Notes under the pieces: generated by a model
The model's input: only the letters and a program-made list of their open reading frames with translations
Told to the model about the DNA's origin: nothing
The model's database searches: none
Part shown: piece by piece, positions 44,328 to 55,254 of the stretch
Layout: every line of letters begins with the position of its first letter
Numbering within the stretch: the first letter of the stretch is position 1
Program-made: the position numbers and the translations under genes
Origin: Blastocladiella emersonii ATCC 22665
Taxonomy: Eukaryota; Fungi; Blastocladiomycota
Reading direction: 5' to 3'
Length of the DNA stretch: 64,000 nucleotides
Assembly: GCA_025594325.1 (NCBI GenBank)
Contig: JANHCV010000010.1
Location: forward strand, 124,001 to 188,000

Positions 44328-47300
44328 ATGCCGGGCTACGAGGCCATGGGCGGCACGCCCAACACGGGCACGATCCGACGGCTCCGAGACGCCCTGTTCT
44401 TCGTTCTTTACGTCATGATGGGCCACAAGGAGTCGATCCGGCCCAACTACGCCAGCGGCGTCCTTCACATTGTCGCCGACTGGGTCCACTTTGCCGGGTT
44501 CATCCTCGGCGGGCATCACTTCAACTTGTACGCTCCGCGCCCGATCCGCACCGCACTTCGACGCTGACACACGACGACCGACGTGTAGCGGCGCTCTCAC
44601 CGACGCCTACGCGCAGATCGTCGTGTTCCTCCAGTTCCGGCTGCTGAACAAGGCCGAGATGCCGACCGTCGAGTTCATGGTCGCGTTCTGGGCCTTCGTG
44701 TTCCTGACTGCCGTCATCGTCGGTATCACGACGCTCGTCGCCTTCGCCTTCACCAAGCGCGACTTCAAGCAGGTGTGGGCCATCAAGGTGCTCGCGCTGC
44801 TCGTCGCCGTCGTCATCCGCGTGTTCGTCGTCTCGAGTCTGTCGACCATGCTGCTGCCGTGGTTCTGCGACCCGTCCACGCAGCGCGTCATCCAGTTCCA
44901 TGGCGTCCAGTGCTACTCGATCACGCAGGAGTGGCTCGCCCCCGCCATCGCCGGCCTGCTCGCCACGGTCCTGCTCGTCCCGTTCCTCGTGTGCAACGTG
45001 CTCACCAAGGTGTCGCTCCGCTTCCCGCGTAACGAGCTGCTCGCGTGCAGCGTCACCTCGTTCAACCTGCTCAGCGTCGGCGCCATTGTCGTGTTTGTCA
45101 TCGAGGCCGAGTACCTCGGGCTGGCCGTCCACGCGCCGGTCCTCGCCGCGGCCATCTACCTCGCGATCCTGGTCCTGCTCGAGTACCACCTGCTGCAGAC
45201 GCTGCCGTACCACCACATGTCGACGACCAAGTGGCAGTCGGTGGCTACCATGTCGCTTATCTGGCTCGCCTTCTGCGCGCTGATCTCGGCCGCGTCGCCC
45301 GAGAACAAGAACCACGAGAATCGCGCCATCGACTACGTCATGATCCTCGGCTTCCTGCCGGCGTGCGTCTTCGGCTACCGGCTCGCGACGGCGCGCATCC
45401 TCGTCGTGCAGCGGCTCAGCTACCTCGTCCAGATGGAGGCGGACGCGGTCGAGGAGCCCGGCATGATCCGCATCGGTTCTGCGCGTCCGACGATCCACAT
45501 CACGGGCACGAGCGGTGGCGGTGGTGGCGGCATGGACGGGCTCGTCCGCGGTAGCCACATGGGGCTGGCCATGGGCATGCTCGGGTCGAGCGGCAACGGC
45601 GACACGCTCGGTTCGCTTCGCGGCGGCGGGGGTGGCTGTCCTGTCATGCCGCGCCGCAGCTCGGTCAACGTCGGCGCCAACGGCGGCGTGATGCGCCCGT
45701 CGGCCAACCACCTGCACGAGAAGTACCTCAACAACCCCTTCATCTCCGGCATGCTCGAGAGCGTGCACCACGTCGAGATCATCGGCCGGCTGCTGATCCG
45801 CCGCGGCGCGTTCCGCGCGGCCGAGGCATGGTACCGCGCCGCGCTGCGCATCCACGTCAACCACGTGCGCATCAGCATCCTGTACTGCGCGCTCGCCGAC
45901 ACGATCCAGGCCGACCGCACGTCCGCGGGAGTCGACGGGCCCATGGGTTCGGCCACCGACGCGACGTCGTGGGACGTGATCCCGACGCTCTCGCCGTCGC
46001 TCACGTCGCAGTTCCAGCTCTTCTGCCGCGACATGGACCGCGAGCAGAAGTCGGCGACCAAGGACGTGATCAGCGGCACCGACAAGCTCGACCTGCTGCA
46101 GTACGTCGAGTTCCAGCGGTCGTACTCGGAGGCTAAGCGGTACCACGCCAAGTGCGTCGACTCGATCCAGCAATTCTGGATTCTCTTTCTGTCGCGCCGC
46201 GTCCAGTTCCAGTCCTTCTCTTCGGCCGTGCGCACCATCATCACCAACACGCGTCGGGCCGACGACTTTTACAAGCAGCTGCTCTCTCGCGTACGTGGCT
46301 ATACTGCGCATCGTGATCAGTGACGTGCTGACAAAACCTCTCCGTTTTGTAGTACCCCAAGGCGACGCACATTCTCTCGTCGTACGCCGGGTTCGCCAAG
46401 CTGGTGCTCAACGACACGGAGCTGGCTGAGACGTACTCGGGGCTGGCCGAGGCGGCGCGCATCCGCGACGAGGAGCTCGCCAAGGACGGCGCGGCCAGCG
46501 GCCAGGACGGTGGGACCGGCGCCTTCACCCAGTACTCGCGCAACGCCGTGGTCCAGATCAACGAGCACGGCACCATTGTCGAGGTCAACGGCGGCGCCCT
46601 CAAGACGTTCGGCTACCGGACCGCGCACGAGCTCAAGGAGCGGTACGTCCGCGTGCCATGTCACGTTCGAGCAGCCGGCACTAACATCTATTCGCCGATC
46701 TGTGTAGCAACATCAACATCCTGATCCCGCAGCCGTGGAAGAGCTTCCACGACGAGTTCCTCGAGCGCTTCCGGTCGACCAACATCAAGCGCATCATCGG
46801 CGCCAAGCAGTCCATCTTCGGGCTGCACGCGCAGGGCCACGCGTTCCCCATGGAGCTCATGGTCATGGAGATGAAGGGCACGCGTCGCCTGTTCGCCGGG
46901 CTCGTGACGGCGGTCCCCGAGGCCAACGATAAGACGGCCGTCATCCTGATCAACGCGCAGGGCATCATCCAGATGGCCAACAAGCGCGCGTGCGCCATGT
47001 TTGACTACAAGCCGAGTGAAATGGTCGGCAACAACGTGTCCATGATCATGGCCAAGGAGCACGCCGCGCAGCACGACGGGTACCTCGCGCGGTTCCTGCA
47101 GACAGGTAACGCGCGCGTCATCGGGCTGCCCGGGCGCAACCTCATGGGCGAGGACAAGAGCGGGCGGCCGGTGCCCATCTCGCTCAAGGTCGAGGAGGAC
47201 ATGATCAACGGCGAGGTCTTCTTCCGCGGCACCATGATCGACACGCGCGACCTCGTGGCCGAGGTGTTCGTCAGCTCGCTCGACGGCACGATCCGCAACT

Positions 47301-50300
47301 GCAACTCGGACGCGCTCATGCTGTTCGGGTACGACCGCGAGGGCATCGTCGGCCAGAACGTCAACATCCTCATGCCGGAACCGTACCGCTCCTTCCACGA
47401 CGGGTACCTCGAGCGGTACCGCCGCACGCGCGTCTCGACCATCATGCGCGCGACCGAGGGCCGCGTGCTGCCGGCGTGCCACAACGACGGCACGACGTTC
47501 ACGGTCAAGCTCAAGGTCAAGGCCGCCGGCAGCAGTTTCGGTGCGGGTGACTCGCTGTTCCATGCGATTCTTGTGCGCGTCGGCGACGAGGACCTGGTCA
47601 ACGCGCAGCAGCTCAAGATCGACGGCCGCGTCAACCTCGACGCGAACGGGACCATCACGGTGCTCGGCAAGGCCATCGCGGCGACGCTCGGGTACTCGGC
47701 CAACTCGGCCGAGCTGTCCAAGTATACGGTCTCGTCGCTGTTCCCTCCGCTGGCCGACATGCCGATGCAGGGGACGCACCAGAGCGTGCTCGAGGCGCTG
47801 CTCGCGACACAACCCGCGCAGATCCGGTACGCGATCATGCTGCGGCGCGACCGCACGCTGATTCCGGTCTCCGTGTGCGGCGTCATGAACGAGGACAACG
47901 ACGACTCGGGCGACATGGCGATCCAGTGCGACGACATTTTGTCCAAGGAGGGCCTGCTGCTGCTCGACGCGCACGGCGCCATCACGCAGGCCAACGAGCA
48001 CATCTCGGTCCTGTTCGGGTTCTCGGCCGACGAGGTGCAGGGCCAGTCGATCAAGTTCCTGATCCCGGACCTGCAGGTCGCCGGCCCTGGCGGCAACGGC
48101 GCCGAGGCGGCCGCGGCCATGGCGCGCCAGTCGCTCACGGGCATCCACCAGGACTCGACGCGGTTCCCGGCGCTCGTCGAGCTCGCCAAGCGTGTCACGG
48201 GCGACGAGACCAACTACCTGCTGCGCGTCACGCACGGCCCGCTCCCCGTGTCCAAGCTGCCCCGAGACCTCCTGCGCATGATCCAGCTGCCCGGTTCTAC
48301 GTCGCGCAGCCAGCCGTTTGCCGCCGCGAGTGATCTCGGCTCGCAAATGTCGTCGAGCGACGCGTCGACGCGCCAGACGGCGCAGCTCGGCCAGATGTCG
48401 GCCGGCGAGCTTCCAGCACCCGCTCACCTCGCGACCGGATCGCCCCTCGCGGCGGCGCCCATGTACCCGAGCCACCTCAACTCGCCGCTCCCCGACTCGT
48501 CCGAGTCGCTCGAGGAGGCGATTCGCGTCGGCGGCACGGTCGGCGCCACCGCCATCGCCTTCACCGTGACCAACGAGCGGCTCCCGCCGCTCATGGCCCA
48601 CCAGACGCCGCCGCCCGGCCAGTCTGCGTCGGGCTGCCCGTTCGGAGCCGGTGCGCAGGACGGACACGGTACCGGCCATGGGTCGGGCAGCACCTCGGCC
48701 AGCGGGAGCGGCAACAGTATCAGCGTCCCCGGCCCCAAGGCGCGCTTCCTCGTGCCGCAGGGCTCCTCGCTCAGCGCCATCGACGAGTTCAACAGTCGGC
48801 TCGGTCTCGAAAACCTGTCGGCGGGCAGTCTCCCGGCGCCGTCTCCGACGCCGTACGCGAACCAGTCGATCGCCACGATGCAGTCGATCAACCACCACGG
48901 TCCGCCGCAGTCGGGGACCATCCCACGCAGCATAGCCAGCCGGCCCATGACCTCGGGCACCATCGAGCGGAGCAGCCACACCCGCAAGCGCGAGTCGAGC
49001 CTCACGCTCGGCAGCACCATCATGGGCTTCCGCCAGCACTCGGCCGCGGCGCGCGGTGAGGGCAACACGTCCGTGGCCATGTCGCAGTCGTCGCAGGACT
49101 CGCTTCCCTACGCCTCGAGCGACGCGGGCAGCCAGTCGACGGTCAACGGCAACGCCAATTCGGCCGACTCGCGCCTGATCCTCGCGTGGAAGAACTCGTC
49201 GCGCAACCCGCTCCACGCCAACCTGCTCAATCGGCTCCGCGTCAGTCTGGTACTGCTGATCGTGGCCGCCATCGCCGCGCTCGTCGTCAGCAACCTGCAG
49301 AACGTCGAGCACTTCAACGTGATCCGGCTCGCGGCCTCGCACAACCCCATCGTCACCGACATCATGCACACGGTCGAGCAACAGTACTACTGCGGCACCA
49401 TCGCGAACGCGTCGTCGTCGGTCCTGTGCACGGACGCGCTCGGTCTTCGCCTCGCCACGCTCGCGACGCGCCTCGCCGACTACAGCGCCCAGTTCAGCAA
49501 CCTCGCGTCGGCGATGCCCGGGACCAGCATCTTCGTCCCGCGCAGCGTGAACCTCGTCCAGTTCGCGAGCGACGACCCGACCGTGGCCACGACTATGGTC
49601 GCGTCCGACATGTGGCAGACGTTGACGCGCGTGGCGGCTGCCACGGCGACCGTGGCCAACATCACTGGCAACCCGACTGCCAGTCGCGACTGGCAGTTCC
49701 TCGTGCAGAACAAGGACGCGATCCTCGGCGCCGTGCTCAGCATGGGCAGCCTGCTCGACGATGTGATGGCCATGCACTCGGGGCAGCGCACCGTGTTTGT
49801 CCAGACCGTCAACTTTGCTTTCATCGGGTTCGCCATGGTACGGCGCGTGCACGCTTCCCTTAGAATTGAATCGCATCAGATCACTCACAAAGCGCTCATC
49901 TGTGTAGCTCACTCTCTTCGCCTTCATCTGGCCCGAGCTGCACGCCCTCAACAAGGAGCGCAGCAAGGCGCTGGTCCTGATCGCGCGCATGCCGCGGCAC
50001 GTCATCTCGTTCCTCGCGTACCAGGTGTACGAGATGGACGATGTCGACAACGACAACGACTTTGGCGACGAGGACTCGCCGACCCACGGTGACCAGACCA
50101 ACAACAACTCGCTCCCGCTGCTGCAAGAGGCGCAGCACGGCAAGGGCATGAGCGACGCCAACGCCGACTCGCTGTCCGAGACCAAGCGGCGCAAGTTCAA
50201 GGGCGCTCGCGCGCGCAGCGCGTCGGGCAACAACAACGAGAATATGTCGCGCAGCGCGAGCGGGCCGTTCGCCGGCGGCCGCGGCGGCAACGGGGCGAAC

Positions 50301-51206
50301 GCGACGACGGTCGTGGCGCAGACCGACTACTGGGCCTACGTCCTGTTCACGGCCATGTACACGCTGATTGTGATCCCGTGCGCCGCGATCCTGTCGGCGA
50401 ACGCCGTCGACAACGTGACGCAGACGCAGTACCTGCTGCGCGGCGTCAGCAACTCGATCCAGACCTACACGACGCTGTACCCGATCTCGGCGTACGCGCT
50501 CGAGCTCACGCGGCCCGGCGCCAACTGGACGGCTCGCGCGGCGCAGCTGCAGACGGCTATCACCAACGTCCGCGCCGGGTTCAACTCCATCAACACGGAC
50601 GTCGGCAGCTACCCGAGCCCGACCGCGTACCGCTCCCTGCTCCAGCAGCCGTACAAGTACGTCGACGGCGTCAACAGCCCGTTCCTCGCCAACGTATCCT
50701 CGACCAAGGGCTTCGCGTTCATCGTCGACGACGTGGTGCAGGCCGCAGCGGTGCTCGTCAACGCGGTCCCGACGATGGCGTCCAGCAGTAGCACAACTCG
50801 CGTGATCTCGGCGACGGCGCAGCGCGCGCTCGAGACGCTGCTCACGATCGGGCCGGGCCAGCTGTACCTCGGGTGCGAGACGCTGGCGTGGCTGCACCTG
50901 GGCGACTTCGAGGCGCTCACGTCGCGCGAGAAGCAGCTGCAGAGCGACATGCACATCCTCAACCTGTTCCTGGTGCTCGTCGTCTTCTACGGGCTGTACC
51001 GGTTCCAGCAGAGCATGCGCGAGGACATCAAGCAGAACTGCCTGCTGCTCATGATGGTCCCGCAGACGGTGATCCGCAAGCACCGCCCGCTGCGCGTCTA
51101 CCTCCGCAGCATCTGCTCCGAAATTCGGCGGCACCTCGGGACCTCAGCGGCTACCAACGGGACTAGCGACCAGGGAACGGCCGTGGACGTGCCACCACGG
51201 GATTGA
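44328..51206 (+). CDS. Giant multi-pass membrane protein with TPR-like region and about five PAS domains (TmcB/TmcC-like); introns 44528-44588, 46291-46352, 46643-46707, 49838-49907
   Basis: N-terminal TM bundle; YPKATHILSSYAGFAKLVLND; repeated PAS motifs (NINILIPQPWKSFHDEFLERF, NVSMIMAKEHAAQHDGYLARF, NVNILMPEPYRSFHDGYLERY); ER.K.L.L...MP segments and C-terminal TM helices; all introns in phase. Confidence 0.85.
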
Positions 51207-51585
51207 TTGGTTTCTGTTCTCGCGGGCGTGTGATCGGTCTAGCAATTAGCATACTATAGAAATTCTTGTATACTCATCACCCCTTCACCTGAAATCTGCG
51301 CTGTGATCGTGATGGGCACGGAAAGTTCTCGCTGAGGGCGGCCCTCCACAGCAATTCCTGGTCATGACCCGCGTCTCTTGGTCGCGAAAAGCCGGGGCGT
51401 TCTCTTCTGTGCATACTCACAAGTGTCAGTGCACCGAGATTTCTGTCCAGCCCACGTCCATGGTCGCGGCTGGCGCTGGCCTGATCACGGTCGATGGTCA
51501 TGATCATGGCCACGACCATGAACGCTCAAGTTCCCCTCGCCCGATACTCATCCTCGTCCAAGCCAATGCTTTTATCGTTCTATAC

Positions 51586-54500
51586 TCATCCGTTTATAAA
51601 TCCTCGCGGCAATCGCAAACTGTTCCCGTCCAAGACCGTCGACTCGGAATTGAGCGACTTCGACCTACTCTTCCCGCGTATCGCGGCGAGGGAAAGCCGC
51701 GGCGGCCTCGCGGGCACCGGCTCGCTGACGGTGCGGGTCACGGCGACGAACGCCGTGTTGATAGCCGCGCGCCACTCGTCGACCGCGGCCGCCGACGGCA
51801 GCTGGACGAGCCACTCTCCCTCGACGCGCATCGCCGCCGCCGCCGACCCGCCGACGCTACTGCTAGACGCGGAGATGACGAGCTGATCCGCGCCTACTCC
51901 GCCGACGAGGCCCGGGAACGCCGCGCTGACGCAAGTCCACCATGTCCACCCGCGCGTCCCGTTCGCCGGCAGAACCGCGAGCACGGGGACGCCGGGCAGC
52001 AGGACCAGCGTCGCGCCGAGCCACGGGTCCGGGAGCGACGGTCGTCGGATGAAGGGACGGCCGCGCGAGAGCGTGGTGCGCAGGCGGCGCAGGGCGGCGT
52101 CGGGCTGGATCCGCGCCGTGGCGAGCGCGATGAGCGACGGCTGCACCGTGATGCGCGTGTTGAGAATCGAGTCGCGTGGGCCGGCGGGTGTGGCGGTGGG
52201 TTCGGGGGTCGCGGCCGTCAGCAACGTGGGCGGGATGAGACGCGACGTCGAGGTCGAGTCATTTGTAACGGGGAGCATCGGCGGCGCGAGCAGGTTGAGG
52301 AGGGCGGGTGTGAGCATCGGGGTGGTCGCCACGGTCGCCGTGACGACGACCTCGGGCGGGCACCGCGAGCTGCACTCGGATCCCTCCTTGACAGTCGAGA
52401 GTCCCGGCTCCCCGACAGCCATGGCCGCGACGACGTCGCCAATGACCGACTGCCACTGGGTGTCGTGGCCCATGGACGAGAGCCCGCCACCGCCGGGCTT
52501 ATTTCCACCCCCGCCGAACCCGTACGACGCGGACCGCTGAGCAAACGAGGCTCCAGCGCCGGTTCCGCCCTGCGTCATCATCTCGAGCCCAGTCCCCGCG
52601 CGCCCGAGGACGAGCAGCGACGAGTTGTACCCGAGCACCCTGGCGAGCCGCGCGACGAGCGACGCCTGGAACACGGGTCCGACGGCCGTCACCGCGACGG
52701 CGGCGACGAGCGCGAGCGACGCGAAAAGGCACCGCGCCGTGACGAGGACGCGGAGGTCGCCCGTGTCGATGCGGATCCAGACGTCGAGGACTGCGGCCGG
52801 GAGCGCGGCGGCGAGCAGGAGCCACGCGGTCCGGACCGTCGTCGGCTCGTAGTACACGGACACGACGTTGCGGATGCGCAGCAGGATCCACGCGGTGGCG
52901 GCCGCGACGGCGAGGTGGGCGAAAGCGACAGCGGCCGCGGCAGCGATCACGAGCCCCGCGCCGGGCTCGCCGAGGTGCGGAATCGCCCGGCACACGGTCG
53001 CGTAGGTGCCGGACGATGTCAACGCAAAGTCGACGAGCGTCGGCGCGACAATGTGCGAGCCGGGAAGCACCGCAGCCCACGCCGCGGACCACAGGCCGAG
53101 GAGGACCGCCTGCACGCCGGCCACGGCGGCGACCATGGCCATGAGGTGCTTGCTGGACACGCGTAGCGTGACGAGGCGGCCGCGGACGACGGCGCTCAAG
53201 CGGATCCCGGAGAACACGAAGAAGACGCGCCACACGCGCGCAAAGAGGGCGGCCTGGCAGATGACGATCCCGAGACTCGTTAGCCAGACGCGCGCGTGGC
53301 AGGTCGCGGTGCGCGGGAGGGCGACGATGTCGAGCGAGAGACCTACGGCCGCGACCAGCGTGCCGACGAGGTACAGGGCGAGCAGGCCGGGCGAGTGGAC
53401 GCGGAGCGCGGGCAGCTTGCGGTCGACGACGAGGAACCCGATAGCAACGGCGGCGATGAGCGCGAGGAACGTGGACGCGGGCAGTGCAATCGACTTGCCG
53501 AGCGCCGAGATGGGCGTGTACGCGGGGTTTAGCGACACGGGCGCCGGCGGGATCCACGAGGCCCAGACTTCGCGGTTGTCGCGGAGCCACGCGCACGCGA
53601 TGTCGGCAATGGCGTCGGTCGTGGTGATGGCGCGCAGCATGGACATGAGGTCAATGTCGCGCAGCTTGAACGAGCGCAGCAGCGAGTGGACGTGCGGCAG
53701 CTCGCGCTTGACCCACGTCCCGGCCAGCTTCTGGAGGACCTCGGACTGCCAGCCCGACTTGAGAACGGTCGCGTTGGTGCCAGCCAGCGTGCGGTTCCAC
53801 TGCGCCCACGCGCGGGTCGTGTACGGCGGGAGGTGCACGGGCTGCAGCGCAAACTCGCTCGGGATCACTGGATGGCGGACGCAGGGTCAGACTCGAGCCG
53901 TGAAGACATTAGCGGCTGCCGTACGCACATTCGGGGGCCCAGTAGAAAAAAAGACAGCTGCGCTCGACCGTGGCGTTGGCGCGGAACGCAGCCTCCTGGC
54001 GGCGGACGCACGCCGCGATGTGGTCGCGGAACGTGTCTGCGCCGAGGTAGACGACGACGAGGGGCAGGTCGAGGTCAACGACGAGCTGCTCGTTGACGCC
54101 GAACGAGTACGCCGGCGTGACGTGCCAGAGCTCGCGGCACCGGCCCACGTACTTTCCACCGGCCTGGCACTGCGGCGGGACGAAAGCTCCGGACGTGCAC
54201 CACGTGTACGCGCACTCGTCGGACCCCGGCGGGATGGTCATGGAAGGCGTGGTCCCCGCGGGCGGCAGGAGCGCGAGGACCTCGGGCAGCAGCAGGGCGC
54301 GCCACGAGTCGAGGATCAGCTCGCGGTGCAGGTCGGACGTGACGGCGGGCATGTACCACTGGATCAGGCCCTGGTACCCGGTGTTCCCGACAAAGTCGAC
54401 GAGGCCGCGGCGCTGCACGTACTCGAAAAAGTCGACGCGCGAGTCGCTCGGCCACATTTCCATGTGGATGTCGGAGCGGCCGTCGGCGAGCCGAGGGAAC

Positions 54501-54920
54501 GCGCCCACGTCGCCCGGGAATTCGCGCACGGCCACGTCGATCCCGAGCACGTCACGCAGCAGGATCGCAGCCGCGAACGCCGTCAGGTTCGAGCTACGTG
54601 ACTTGCTGGCGTGTCAGACGCCGCTCGCAAGACGGCGGAGAGCAGCGGGCGCACCTGGACCACGCCGCAGCGCTCAGCGTGACGCCGCGGTACTTTGGTC
54701 TCGGCGGGCGCGGCGGGCGCGGCGTGTCGGGCGTGGGCAGCGCGGCCGACGCGTCCTCGACCCACTTGAACGCCGCGGCGACGTTGTTCGGGATACACGG
54801 CGTCACGGTGCGCGGGATCCCGACCGGCCCCGCCATGCCCTGCCCGGCGGCCCGGTGGACGAGCAGCAGCAGCGCGAGGACGAGCAGGGCCGCGGCCGCG
54901 GATGCATGGGGTCGGTGCAT
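51586..54920 (-). CDS. Class C (GABA-B-like) 7TM receptor with periplasmic-binding-protein-II (OpuAC/ProX-like) ectodomain and possible C-terminal PH-like domain; introns ~54654-54594, 53928-53868
   Basis: Signal peptide; AILLRDVLG, G.SDIHMEMW, GNTGYQGLIQWY, FYWAPE, IACAWLRDNREVWASW; 7TM with RVHSP..L, C.ARVWL.SLG, ALFARVWRV; tail ending W.VQLPSAAAVDEWRAAIN. Confidence 0.75.
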
Positions 54921-55254
54921 GGTGGCGGCTTCATCGCATGGACGATCGAGCAGAGCGCGCGAGCAATCGAGGCGGCCCGAGCGATACGGGATGCTTCACG
55001 TTCACGCCGAGTGCGGGTGGGAGAGCGCAGGTCGTGGACGAGCGCGCGGCGGACACGCGGCTCGGCTCGTTGTTAGCTCGCTCACGTTGTGGCGCGGCGC
55101 GACGCGTTCTCCCACTTCACACAGCACTCGCGAACAGCCGAGGACAAATCGGTTGACAGATCATCAGCAAAAGGGAGTGTTTGTTGTATCATGAGTGAGC
55201 GATATCGCGAGAACGGTTGTTGTTGGATTGGTATGAGGGAGGGAGAGTAAAACA

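Noticed and set aside
46688-50290. 1200-aa minus-strand ORF
   Set aside because: Antisense shadow of the PAS protein; Arg/Gly/Ala-rich, no motifs; explained by high GC3 on the sense strand
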